From positions 3,330,831-3,394,830 of the forward strand of contig CM082578.2 of the NCBI GenBank assembly GCA_040954595.2: a stretch of 64,000 nt of DNA, read 5' to 3'. Within the stretch, counting starts at the first letter, position 1; every line of letters starts with the position of its first letter. Below the pieces are notes generated by a model that was given only the letters and a program-made list of their open reading frames with translations, made no database searches and was not told the origin of the DNA. Both the position numbers and the translations under genes were made by a program. Of the stretch, positions 13,226 through 25,645 are shown piece after piece. Source of the DNA: Balanoglossus misakiensis (lineage: Eukaryota; Animalia; Hemichordata).

Positions 13226-14369
13226 TATCATGGGATTATATGTAATTATCTTCAAGTTCAAATATCAGGGATCGCGCTAGCACTCATAACATTCACAAAA
13301 TGTGGTAAAAATGACAAATGGTGAAAGACAATTTCATTCAATTTACCATGCCAATAAGAAAGTGAATTGAGATAAGGCTCCAGCGTAGCAAAGTTTGGCT
13401 GACATTTTGGGAGCTGTTGACCAGAATAAATTACTTACATGATAGACACAGCATACAACAAGCCCAAATGGTTATGACAATTTAGCTGGTGGCGATTTTA
13501 GAAACAGCTTTTTAATTGTGATTTTTGCATCAAGTTTTGGATAAGCAATTTGTTTACACAACTGAGATAAAAACCAGCACCCCTAAAGCAGGCGATTTTG
13601 TCAAATATGAACAATGTGCGGGACACAGATTTGCAGAGTCATCAAGAAAAAGCGTGAGATATGAAGATATGGCAAGAGTCACAGCAACAGCATACAATGC
13701 AGTGAAAGACGCTATTGTCGCTACCATGCAAAATAGATATTTAATCGCCAAAGAAGACCTACCGAAAAAGGAACAGAAATTTGTGACAGACCTCTGTGAT
13801 GTACAGGTTTTTTCACACAATTTTATTTCAAATTCTACCAAACAAATAATGTAACAGTGTGCACAGTCTACCAGACGTGAACACAACATGATGTATGTAT
13901 CATAATCTATGTTTGAAAAAAAATTAATTGTGTAGTCACTTTAGGAGCAGCTGTAATTCTAGTTTTGTGACATTTGTTTGGAGTATATCTTGATAATTGA
14001 TGAACCTGAATTGACATTTCCTTGTTTATATTTATAGGGTTGCAAGTTGTTGCAGTTCTCTGGCAAGATGAGGGGGATCACATACATGCATAGTACCACT
14101 ATCAACAATCTTTAGGTGATTGTATCGGTGACATTGGGGAAAGAAACGTGATCCTAACCTGTGTACATTGGCTACTGTTTGCCGTACCTGTCCTGGGATA
14201 TTTGTGAATGTAGAATGTGGATTCTCCAGGTACAACATGATAAAACATAGTGTCAAAGACACTGACTGTGGTCCCATTTGAGGATTACACAGAAAAAAAT
14301 CACAGGTGACATTGGCAAGCAGATATGACCTAACTGTATTTTAAACATGGAAATGTAAAATGAAATTAA

Positions 14370-15368
14370 AGCCTCAGTATTTCTCGTTTTCACATAAATT
14401 TTGTTTGAAACGGTATCTATAATTTCTAAAAGTAGATGATAATTGATACTGAATCGAACGTCTATCATGCCCAGCTCTGTTCATAAACACATACAATTTA
14501 CAATATAACGAGTGAAGAATGACTTTCTGTCCGGACATGCGCACTCAAATGTGAATCTATGCGGAAGAGGTTTGGTCGCCCCAAATCTAGCGACTCAGCG
14601 AAGAAATGCGCACTAATTCGGCGAAATTTTGTGAAGATAACTACATGTATATGGGAGGAATCAGTCGATGGAACCAGATCAAATCCGAAAATGGTCTGAC
14701 CATCAAATGTCAAAGTGGCCGTTTGCTGATCGACATGTACTACATTTCCGTTGTAAACAAACCCGCGCTTAATTTCAAGTGTTACAGGCAATATTTACTG
14801 CTTGCATGTAGCTACAGTGCAGCTTAGGAATAGCTTTCCAACTGCACCAACACTGGGTCAGCTCTGTTTAAACACTGGGTCAACTCTGGGTTGGCACCCT
14901 ATTGGCGCTCTAATTAGCACCTATTGGGCTTGTGTTTAACTGGGGTGTTCCAAAACAATAGGGTGCGCCAAGGTGCTAACACTGAACAATGCCAAGTGCC
15001 AGGGCCAACAGATTCACACCTTTGTAACACTTGGAACACACAGGCTAACACTGTGTGCCAAAACAATAGGGTGCGCCAAGGTTTAACACCTTTGTAGCAC
15101 ATGCTAACACTGAACAATGCCAAGTGCCAGGGCCAACAGATTCACACCTTTGTAACACTTGGAACACACAGGCTAACACTGTGTTGGCTCATTATAAACA
15201 CCGTGTCAGCAAGTTGTTAGCAAATTGGAAAGCTATTCCTAAGCTGCACTGTACAGTTGCCCAAACCTTTCTTTTATCTTCATTATGTAGTATACCATGA
15301 TGAATGTGCGGGAAAAACGGGCATTTTTCGATGATGAAAAATGGATACACACGAGAAATACTGGGGCT
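14370..15368. mobile_element. TTAA-target non-autonomous DNA transposon (Kolobok-type)
   Basis: TIRs AGCCTCAGTATTTCTCGT / ACGAGAAATACTGGGGCT; TTAA at 14366-14369 and 15369-15372. Confidence 0.8.
14815..15251. mobile_element. TA-target MITE (Tc1/mariner-like) nested in the Kolobok-type element
   Basis: 27-bp TIR CAGTGCAGCTTAGGAATAGCTTTCCAA, TA flanks, internal ~110-bp direct duplication. Confidence 0.85.
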
Positions 15369-15372
15369 TTAA

Positions 15373-16167
15373 GATGGGTCCCTAGGATCTTTTTGCCCGT
15401 TGCTATGGGCCTTTATAGGACATTACACCCCGATTTGGACTAAGCCGTTTTCAGAGTCTAACAAGGGGCTGGTAACTAGTTAAAAATACGCACGATTGTG
15501 AGCGCGCGCCCCCTGACGCCATTGATATGCAAATTAGTTAGGTCAAATTTCAAAAGCCTAAGGCTTTTTATTCCGTGACCTCAAAAACGAACTTGATACG
15601 TATTCATTAGTTGCTTGAACCAGGGAAGATCGTGACGGATTTTGTTTTCGAATATTATCGTTGTATCCTACGATTTCAGCATACCCGTACCACACCTGAA
15701 AAAGTCATCGATTTTGAGTGTTTTTGGACGCACTCTTCCACTGGTATCGCTTCTTAGCACGACGAAAACCGAAAAAACGATCCGTCACACTATGCGGAAG
15801 TGCGTTCTCAACAAGCAGGTCAAATTTGGCTGGCCTACGTCGCCTGTGAAAAAAGCCTTAGGGATTTTCGTGAACGGTACAAAATCTCTGTGTACAAAAC
15901 ATTGGATTTTTAGCGTTCAATCCAGTTACTGTGGTTACAGGACGCGCACACTATCGCTGACCGCTGCTTTGCCGTATTAGCGTGGCGGCCTATGGCCGGG
16001 CGGTAGCTGCCGTAATCATACTCGGACAGGGGGTGTGCACACAATCGTGTGTATTTTTAACTAGTTACAAGCCCCTTGTCAGACGTTCATAACGGTTTCG
16101 ATCAAAATTGAGTGTAGTGTCCTATAAAGGCCCATAGCAACGAGCAAAAAGATCCTAGGGACCCATC
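15373..16167. mobile_element. TTAA-target MITE with ~140-bp TIRs (Kolobok-type)
   Basis: GATGGGTCCCTAGGATCTTTTTGC... / ...GCAAAAAGATCCTAGGGACCCATC; TTAA at 15369-15372 and 16168-16171. Confidence 0.85.
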
Positions 16168-17448
16168 TTAACTATAGGCCAATCAAAGATCATGTGTCAT
16201 GGCAATCTTTGAAGCAAAGAAATTGATATTAGACTAAAATTGTCTGTAAAAACACATATGACAAGCAACTTCTTTCAGTCAGCCCTGGGACAAACAGACA
16301 GACAGACAGAGAGAGAGACACTCACTGACCTGCCACTCATAATTAAAAATAGAATACTGTAGCTAGTGGTCTCTGTAACAGCTGGCCTATTAAAGTTATG
16401 TAAACATGTAGTATAGACAGTCTAAGTTGGGGGCAACAATGCCTTGTTCACAGTTACTTTCAAAGCTACTGGACCATTGGTTAAGGAGAAGATTTGCCAA
16501 TGAGAAACAAAGAAATTTACAAAAAACTTGCTAAATATATTGAAAATTTCTGATATCAGAATTTAATAAAAGTTGCACATATGTGTTACGTGTATGAACT
16601 TGTGTCCCAAATTCAAAAGCTCTGGTTACCCCTAGGAATATTCCTTTCAAATTTCAAAGCAATCCAACGGGTAGTTTCACAGAAAACAATATTTGTTCAA
16701 AAAGAGGCAAAATTACAAATGCATTGCAACTATCACCATAATTGTATATCTTACTTCAATCACCACAAGGAACATGCCTGCCTTAGTTCAAAGCAATCTG
16801 ACAAGTGGTTTCAGTGAGAAAAAATGTTTACCCAATGACACAAATATGCAAATATCACAATTTTATACAACATCTTATTTGGGTTACCCCTAGGAACATG
16901 CCTACCAAATTGCAAAGCAATCTGACATGCTGTTTTAGAGAAAAAAAGTGTTGCCCAAAAATGGCAAAAATTGCTCAAAATTACAAATATGCAAATTTGA
17001 TCAAAACTATGGTAACTCAGACAACCTATAGGACGCTTCATACTAAATTTTAAAGAAGGCTGCCTATCACTTTCAGAAATGAATATTTTTTACCAAAAAT
17101 ATTGAAAAATACAAAAAATGCAAACAATAGAAAATTCACTCGATAGTATTAGCTCAAAACATACAGAACTGTGTGAGTTTAACATAAGGTACATGCATAC
17201 CATTCTTCATATTCTGACCAGTGGTTGTTGAGTTTCTGAGTTTTGACCAATTTCACATTTTCCCCAGCTAATTTGCATACTTTTGCAATCGCACCCAAAT
17301 ATTGACGTTATAACCCCAGCGCTTTTCAAGTTTTTGATGTAGACGGACATACATACAGACAGATATATATACATACCAAATGGGACCTAAAATTGCTAAA
17401 AATAGAAAATCTCAGACACCAGCAGAGAACAAACAAAAATCCATATTG

Positions 17449-17878
17449 AACACCTATTGCCTGGCCATGAGGGCCATAGCGGCCGTTTATTACACCCGAG
17501 TGGCTGTGAGTTACCAGAATCATATGCTATTTCCCGAGGCCGCAAGCCGAGGGAAATAGCATATGATTCTGGTAAAAACGGCTGCTATGGCCCGAATATA
17601 GGCCAGGCTATAGGTGTTTTATAATAAACCTCATGCTAACAGCTGGGAAAATCTTGCAATTTTCTCTTGAGGTTGGCAGACGACATCTTCCGCGGTGGCC
17701 ATTGTGTCAGACGAAGCGACGCTGATTGACGTGACCGAGTCTGCGCACTCACGCTGGTCACGTGACCGGTTTATATTTTTTTGCTATTTCCCTAGCGGTT
17801 CATAGTCGATTCTATTTTCCTATCACGTGACTGATTCTGGTGAATCACGGCACAGTATTAGCATGAGGTATATTATAA
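17449..17878. mobile_element. Second short hairpin/splint element
   Basis: Hairpin 17449-17618 with a perfect 25-bp inner stem TTACCAGAATCATATGCTATTTCCC and loop GAGGCCGCAAGCCGA. 17619-17639 pairs 20/21 with the 3' end 17858-17878. Confidence 0.75.
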
Positions 17879-17962
17879 AAAAAATTATGATCTAATGATA
17901 TTTAAATGCACACCAATTTTTAATAAAGCAGTCCAACAATGAGCAGAAGTTCTTGAATTTAA

Positions 17963-18467
17963 AGGCACGTAAGCTGTAACTGGATAAAAAATTAAAGTTT
18001 TAAATAATCTCATATATGCTTTTAATTATGTCTATTAAATGATATTTCATGATAATATATCAAGATCAACACTTATTTATGACAAAATGGCCAAAAAATT
18101 AAAGAAAAACGAAAATTCCTGCAATTTAAAAAAAAGTGCAATATTGCAATGAAAAATGAAAATCTGATGTCTCAGTGGTGTACATTTGCTTCCATGAGCT
18201 CAAGTGGATGAGATCATGTTTTGTTTATGAAGTTTCATAACCGGAAATGCAACATTTTCATTGTTTCTTGCATTTTCCCACGGTGGCGGCCATAATCGCT
18301 TGCGGCAAAGCTTTATTATTTATCTGGTTAAAACTTGCATATGCACTCATATTTAGGGTTTATAATGCTTGTGTATAGTTCACTGCCTTCATCTGCATGG
18401 ACTAATGGTAGTGCAGTGTGAAACAAAAATTATGAAAATTATCCCAAAAGTTACAGCTTACGTGCCT
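17963..18467. mobile_element. TTAA-target MITE (Kolobok-type), 505 bp
   Basis: 19-bp TIR AGGCACGTAAGCTGTAACT; TTAA at 17959-17962 and 18468-18471. Confidence 0.85.
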
Positions 18468-18683
18468 TTAAACTATTTTTGCATGGTTTCAATTTATTTG
18501 CAATTTTTTATAGAGATACAAGTAATTTTGAGCTGGGTCCCAACTGTTGGCCAACATGCAGCTTTACATCAAATATCATGGTGACACATCATACAATATT
18601 AAAACCGTGAAGATACACTGATAAAATGGCCTACTCGGCATTAAAACTTTATAAAAATGTTATTAGAAATAACAAAACAGTGA

Positions 18684-19005
18684 CTAAGTCATGTACTTCT
18701 TAAAAATGTAAGTTTTGAGAGATGTCTTAAACGCAGCAACGGTTGGTGACAATCTAATTTCTTTTGGTAAGACATTCCAAAGAGTTGGCGCTGCATTAGA
18801 AAATGAACGGTAACCAAAGTGTTTCTGCTCCCAGTTCACTGGCTCCAAAGTTGGTGTGAACGCTGAGCTTGTCAATCGTTTAGGTTCATGAACTGTGATC
18901 AGATCAGACTGATAGGCAGGAGCTTGGTTGTGCAATATTTTATAGACAAAAAGGAGAATTTTGAAATTGATTCTAGCATGGATAGGCAGCCCGTGTAACT
19001 TAGAT
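18684..19005 (-). mobile_element. 3' fragment of an L2/Crack-clade LINE ORF2
   Basis: LHGLPIHARINFKILLFVYKILHNQAPAY...FGYRSFSNAAPTLWNVLP...FKTSLKTYIF is the conserved L2-clade C-terminus; 5'-truncated. Confidence 0.85.
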
Positions 19006-19394
19006 GGAGCTGACCACATTCAGATTCAGAATTTAATCATTATGCCTTTTCAAATCTGAGCACAAGGCCATTTATGTCAGTGAGATATCAGAAGCAACAA
19101 ATATTCTGGGACTTGTCACTTGAAACAGAATCAGATGGTACAGTTCAGAAGGTGACTTAAAATCTCAGTAAATGAATGACTGACACCCCGCAATAACACC
19201 CAGCAATAAAAAGAGTGTAGGCTCAAAGTGTTGAAATACTCAGGAAAATCACCCCGTGCGTAGAATTAGTCTTTTATGGTCTCTGATTCTGAAACAAATT
19301 TGGTACCGTTATCTACACGATTCATTCAGAGTAACTGCGTCACAACTTTTTACATGTGCCTGAAATGACTAACAGATTCATGGCAAAACTTAAT

Positions 19395-19945
19395 ACTCAC
19401 CGAAACATCAAGACGACCAAGACATTCCATGCACACTGTGCACCCCGGGTCCATTCCAGAGATTTCTCCAGCACAAATCTTGGATTCAAACGCGTACATA
19501 AATTATCCTCAGATAGAAACTTGGGCGGCCATGTCACATGACGTCATCATCGACACTGCCTGTGCGATAGAGCAGCATAGCAGTCAGTAGAAATTCCTAC
19601 CGTGTATGATAAAACTTGCACCCGGACTGCTGGCCAATACTTGCTAATATTTCCATTCTGAAGGCTGGGCGTCCTTTCAAACCGCTCGCAAAAGTTCACG
19701 AATCTGTCCAGCCAAAACCCTCGTCGCGTATTGTTGTCCAAACTCAACTTTCCATGACACCACCTTGGCAATCATCAGCCATACATGAATTTACACTTCC
19801 AGGGTAGCCCAATGAATCATGGGAAATAAAGCGGGGTCACGGGGTCATTCGTGCCAAAGCGCTGCAAAGCGTCCGTAGTTACCGGTTAGCGGGCGCCATC
19901 GCTTCGCGGCAAGTTCAATTCGCGTTGAGATACGGTGAGTGTTTT
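19395..19945. promoter_or_regulatory. Candidate bidirectional CpG-rich promoter
   Basis: CpG-rich island with YY1-like GGCGGCCATGT and CRE TGACGTCA (~19524-19546). Outward-facing splice donors: minus GTGAGT near 19400 and plus GTGAGT at 19936. Confidence 0.35.
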
Positions 19946-20400
19946 TCGCTAAATAATTACATAAATAGACATACCATGAACACAGTTACGTCGAGTATAA
20001 CTTTTACTGTCAGAATATCATATTTGTATTCCAGCGAAAATGCGTTTCTCGTTATATTGCGATCGTTTTAGTCTTGCGACGTTGTCGTCTGCTTCACTGT
20101 TTATGTTTTGTACGTACGTTCACAATACGGCCAAAGTAAAGCTCTGCACAGAATAAATTCGACTTTCAAAGGAAATAATTGTCATAACTGTTTGACTCAG
20201 TAATAAATCTCGAAATGGCATGACGTTAATCTGTGTTGAAACGTTTAAAACTGTTTTGCTATAGCCCGCTCCTACCTGGTTCCTTATTCGCCCCAGCCTG
20301 AATAAGGAACTGGAATTTGAAGTTAGTTACTAGTTCCTGGTTCCTTATTCGCCCCATTCTGAATAAGGAACTGGTTACTAGTTCCTGGTTCCTTATTGGG

Positions 20401-20646
20401 TTTCCTACGGCCTGGCTAAGCTGATGCCCCGGCAATCTGGAGCGGAAACAAGCGAACATTGACCACGATGATCAAGTCACATTTCCTTCGGCCTGGCTCG
20501 GCTAAAGCGCTGGCGCTATATGACACAGACGGGCGTACGTTAACAACGGTGATTACGTCGGATTTCCTACGGCCTGGCTAAGCTGATGCCCCGGCAATCT
20601 GAAGCGGAAACACGCGTACATTGACCACGTTGATCAAGTCACATTC
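20401..20646. repeat. ~85-bp direct repeat pair
   Basis: TTTCCTACGGCCTGGCTAAGCTGATGCCCCGGCAATCTG...GATCAAGTCACATT at ~20401-20485 and ~20563-20646. Confidence 0.85.
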
Positions 20647-20662
20647 CCGGTTTCTTATTGCC

Positions 20663-22745
20663 CGATTCCCGGTTACTTATTGCCCCAGTCTGAATAAGGA
20701 ACTGGTTACTAGTTCCTGGTTCCTTATTCGATTCCCGGTTACTTATTCGCCCCAGTCTGAATAAGTAACTGGTTACTAGTTCCTGGTTCCTTATTCGATT
20801 CCCGGTTACTTATTCGCCCCAGTCTGAATATGGAACTGGTTACTAGTTCCTGGTTCCTTATTCGATTCCCGGTTACTTATTCGCCCCAGTCTGAATAAGG
20901 AACTGGTTACTAGTTCCTGGTTCCTTATTCGATTCCCGGTTACTTATTCGCCCCAGTCTGAATAAGTAACTGGTTACTAGTTCCTGGTTCCTTATTCGAT
21001 TCCCGGTTACTTATTCGCCCCAGTCTGAATAAGTAACTGGTTACTAGTTCCTGGTTCCTTATTCGATTCCCGGTTACTTATTCGCCCCAGTCTGAATAAG
21101 GAACTGGTTACTAGTTCCTGGTTCCTTATTCGATTCCCGGTTACTTATTCGCCCCAGTCTGAATAAGTAACTGGTTACTAGTTCCTGGTTCCTTATTCGA
21201 TTCCCGGTTACTTATTCGCCCCAGTCTGAATAAGGAACTGGTTACTAGTTCCTGGTTCCTTATTCGATTCCCGGTTACTTATTCGCCCCAGTCTGAATAA
21301 GTAACTGGTTACTAGTTCCTGGTTCCTTATTCGATTCCCGGTTACTTATTCGCCCCAGTCTGAATAAGTAACTGGTTACTAGTTCCTGGTTCCTTATTCG
21401 ATTCCCGGTTACTTATTCGCCCCAGTCTGAATAAGGAACTGGTTACTAGTTCCTGGTTCCTTATTCGATTCCCGGTTACTTATTCGCCCCAGTCTGAATA
21501 AGGAACTGGTTACTAGTTCCTGGTTCCTTATTCGATTCCCGGTTACTTATTCGCCCCAGTCTGAATAAGGAACTGGTTACTAGTTCCTGGTTCCTTATTC
21601 GATTCCCGGTTACTTATTCGCCCCAGTCTGAATAAGGAACTGGTTACTAGTTCCTGGTTCCTTATTCGATTCCCGGTTACTTATTCGCCCCAGTCTGAAT
21701 AAGGAACTGGTTACTAGTTCCTGGTTCCTTATTCGATTCCCGGTTACTTATTCGCCCCAGTCTGAATAAGGAACTGGTTACTAGTTCCTGGTTCCTTATT
21801 CGATTCCCGGTTACTTATTCGCCCCAGTCTGAATAAGGAACTGGTTACTAGTTCCTGGTTCCTTATTCGATTCCCGGTTACTTATTCGCCCCAGTCTGAA
21901 TAAGGAACTGGTTACTAGTTCCTGGTTCCTTATTCGATTCCCGGTTACTTATTCGCCCCAGTCTGAATAAGGAACTGGTTACTAGTTCCTGGTTCCTTAT
22001 TCGATTCCCGGTTACTTATTCGCCCCAGTCTGAATAAGTAACTGGTTACTAGTTCCTGGTTCCTTATTCGATTCCCGGTTACTTATTCGCCCCAGTCTGA
22101 ATAAGGAACTGGTTACTAGTTCCTGGTTCCTTATTCGATTCCCGGTTACTTATTCGCCCCAGTCTGAATAAGGAACTGGTTACTAGTTCCTGGTTCCTTA
22201 TTCGATTCCCGGTTACTTATTCGCCCCAGTCTGAATAAGGAACTGGTTACTAGTTCCTGGTTCCTTATTCGATTCCCGGTTACTTATTCGCCCCAGTCTG
22301 AATAAGTAACTGGTTACTAGTTCCTGGTTCCTTATTCGATTCCCGGTTACTTATTCGCCCCAGTCTGAATAAGTAACTGGTTACTAGTTCCTGGTTCCTT
22401 ATTCGATTCCCGGTTACTTATTCGCCCCAGTCTGAATAAGTAACTGGTTACTAGTTCCTGGTTCCTTATTCGATTCCCGGTTACTTATTCGCCCCAGTCT
22501 GAATAAGGAACTGGTTACTAGTTCCTGGTTCCTTATTCGATTCCCGGTTACTTATTCGCCCCAGTCTGAATAAGGAACTGGTTACTAGTTCCTGGTTCCT
22601 TATTCGATTCCCGGTTACTTATTCGCCCCAGTCTGAATAAGGAACTGGTTACTAGTTCCTGGTTCCTTATTCGATTCCCGGTTACTTATTCGCCCCAGTC
22701 TGAATAAGGAACTGGTTACTAGTTCCTCGTTCCTTATTCGATTCA
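20663..22745. repeat. 67-bp tandem satellite, ~31 near-identical copies
   Basis: Unit GATTCCCGGTTACTTATTCGCCCCAGTCTGAATAAG(G/T)AACTGGTTACTAGTTCCTGGTTCCTTATTC; period 20730 to 20797 = 67. Related degenerate units at 20275-20400. Confidence 0.97.
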
Positions 22746-22815
22746 ATCTGAATATGCAGGTAGTTCCCAGTTCCTGATTTTGTTCGGTATTCAAAATAAC
22801 ACATTTCACCCATTC

Positions 22816-23270
22816 TAAGGGTCCGTTCAATTTTTACGGCCGGGGGGGGGGCAAGTTTGTGTCATTGGTTTTCAAAATCAGACGGACCCCCCCCCCCTTC
22901 ACCCAGGACCAAAACATGATGACCCCCCCCCCCACCTTTGAACAAATTGAAATGACAAGTCAATACAATAGTTGCTAGAATTGGTAAAACAAGAAAAGTG
23001 GTGGGGGTGGGCGGCAAAATTCAGGTGGGGGGGTCACTTAAATTTTGAAGTCCAAAAGGGGGGGGGGGTCATCTGGGTTTTTTAAACGTTTAGGGGGGGG
23101 GGGGCACATACTTTTGCCACCGAACTTTTGCTTTTGAGTCCACAAAATTGAGTTGCAGTTTCGCGCCTTTTATTTTACAAACTTTTCTAATGTGGGAGGG
23201 GGAGGGGACACCCCCTCCCACACCCACCCCCTTCATTCTCCACCACATTTCATTGTTTTGCTGGTTTGTC
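22816..23270. mobile_element. PIF/Harbinger-like MITE fragments with G/C runs
   Basis: TAA then GGGTCCGTTCAATTTTTACGG. 23185-23240 is the reverse complement of 63160-63210, inside the MITE at 62736. Confidence 0.5.
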
Positions 23271-23539
23271 CAGTGTACCAGAGCAGAGTGCTTGCCACCC
23301 CAACCCCACCGATGATAATATTTAACAAAGTAAATACATAAAGGGGAATAATCGTTTAAACCATTTCGCATAACTAATAGTTTCGCGATGCTTCTTGTAT
23401 ATACTAGAAGTTTTATAAATGATGTCATGACTAACATGACGCCAAATCTGCTAACTTTGAGTGGAGTGGCAAAAAGTAAAATTGGTCCACCCAAACATTG
23501 AGATAATTTGCTTTTGAGTTCATTAAAATGCAACTTTGA

Positions 23540-24519
23540 GCTACATATTCTGGAAGTTTCTGCTGACACCGATTACGTGTTTCTACGTGCAAATTGTACA
23601 CCGTCTCAGCGACTAGGTTGTCCACCACACAACTGCTGGGTTTGTGTCAAGAGGGATGGATCTGTTCACTCTGCATATTGTACCTGTACTGCTGGGTAAG
23701 TTTTATTTACAGCAACTGTTGTTTTGCATGTGCTAGCGGATTATAATGCAAATAGATATAAAAGAGGCCTATTAGAGCTTATAACCAATTTTCCAATTGT
23801 ATATATATATATATATATACAAATGTATACATGTAATTGTATTTATGTTTCAATTTTCAGATTGGGCGAGACGTGTAGTCACGTGACCGCGTTACTCTTT
23901 CGAGTTGAGGCTGCCAACAGGACTGGGATGATGAATTTGTCATGCACTGAATTGAAGTGCAAATGGAATGTCCCTAAAAAGAAGACTGACATAAAACCCC
24001 TTAAAGTGAAAGACATGGATTTTAAACAAGCCAAATATAATGCTTCAGGTTAGTGATCTGAGTCTGCGCTTTTTTATCATAGTAAAGACACTAAGGCCTA
24101 ACATCTGACAAAATTGTCAACAGCTGGCATCATGGATTCAATTTTGATACTAGTAGATTCGGCTAACATGTCATTATTATCATTTATAAAATACTTAGCA
24201 ATTGCCCTCTTTAAGCTATGAGCTTAGTCGTTGGTTTTAATTTTTTGGGGTGTGTTTTTATGTTTTAGGTGCCGAAAAGGGAAAATTGGTCGACTCAAAA
24301 AAGCGGTTGTTTTCACCACTTCGTGCGAAATACCGAGCGTCCACTGACGAAAAACAACTTCTTCATCAGCAACTTCGCCAAACTGCTCCGGGTGCATGTT
24401 TGTTTACAATGCTCGAACCTGAAAGCACGGTCAATACCGAACCGCGACTCGATCCAAGCATGATGGATATTGGATCTATTGCCGATGAACCGTCAACTCG
24501 GGGTACAACCAATGACGTG
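23540..24519 (+). pseudogene. Spliced SWIM zinc-finger/YqaJ transposon accessory gene (ISL2EU/Kolobok-type), 5' part
   Basis: Exons ~23540-23696, 23861-24048 and 24270-24519 with GT-AG introns. They encode PSQRLGCPPHNCWVCVKRDGSVHSAYCTCTAG|LGETCSHVTALLF (SWIM CxCxnCxH). N-terminus missing. Confidence 0.8.
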
Positions 24520-25642
24520 TGTGGGGATATAAAACCATAATTGTCGTGTGAGGGCGCTATAATTTGTGCGCATGCGCAGACAGTGTTTTTCTTGCTATAG
24601 TACATGTACTTACCTTGTAACCCTGTCATTCGATCACTGAATTTCATCCGGAGCCATCCACTTTGTGGCCAGCGTTGTTACTTTGATAACTACACATACT
24701 TGTTTGGTAAGATGTTATGTTTTTTGTCAAGAGTATTTTTGTAATATATTTCTTGTATTTATTTGATATTTGCTACATTTCGGTACAGACAACTTTGTAC
24801 ATATGATGTTACACGTGGCGTCCATGTGCGTACAATAATTTCAGTGAAAGTCTAATCTATTTTTGTCTGTAAGTTTGAATGTTCATAAAAAGTAATTTAG
24901 AGTTGTATTACATTGATTGGTGAACCCAGCTTCATTTAATATCGATATTTGCAGTAAATATGAACAGACTATTTCTGTATTCCGTGAAATGCATGGTTCT
25001 TGCTCAGCAACTTACACAGCGGTCTATTGTTTGTACAGGACAGTCGTACTGTTGGTTGATTACCCATTGATTGCTTTACTTACCTGTTAGTCAGGGTGAG
25101 TGAATTGTACCTTTTAAACAGACTTACCTGGTTTTGTCTAATTTGCTGTTATTTACTGTAATTCTGAATACTTGAAATAGTACTGCACAATGTATATATT
25201 ATCAGTACAGTGTCATGATTTATACTATGATGAAGCCATGTTGACGTTATGTTTACAATTCATCAGTATATTAGCATCTCCCTGATGTTGAGAACTGTAT
25301 TGTAATTTCATTGATTTACCTGAATATTTTTGTGTATTTATTTACTTGTGTCTTAGTCGCTGACGCTTAGTCTGACCATGAGTAAATGTGAAATACACTG
25401 ACACTGCAATCTTTATTTCTTTGCAGGTTCTTTGTTGTTGCGTAGTTGTTTGGTTGTGGTACTTGTTTTCAAGTCACTTACAGTTTACTATACAAGTCTC
25501 GCTCCTGTCAAAACCACTTATGGTCTATCATTATCCAAATTGAACCATTGTAATGTGTGACTGCATACGGAAGCTGGAATAAAAGTGCTCATTGGAATTG
25601 AACTCTAACCGTGGTGTGCGTGTCCAATGTTCCTGTGTTACA
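24520..25642 (+). repeat. 5' LTR (1123 bp)
   Basis: Identical to 31900-33022 except 24854 A vs 32234 T by line comparison. TGCGCATGCGCA at 24567-24578; AATAAA at 25578. Confidence 0.97.
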
Positions 25643-25645
25643 TTT

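Larger units (their letters stand above)
14249..17395. repeat. Segmental duplication, copy 2, carrying three MITE insertions
   Basis: Homology to copy 1 stops at the TTAA at 14366-14369 and resumes at 16172. Confidence 0.8.

Noticed and set aside
13266-13860. Possible hAT element with a transposase remnant (ORF 13525-13854)
   Set aside because: CAGGG-type start and a weak motif only; no matching TIR or TSD found.
19196-19330. Possible EnSpm-like terminus CACCCAGCAATAAAAAGAGTG
   Set aside because: No inverted partner found in the window.
20663-22745. CRISPR-like array
   Set aside because: Units are contiguous and identical with no unique spacers, there are no cas genes, and the context is eukaryotic.
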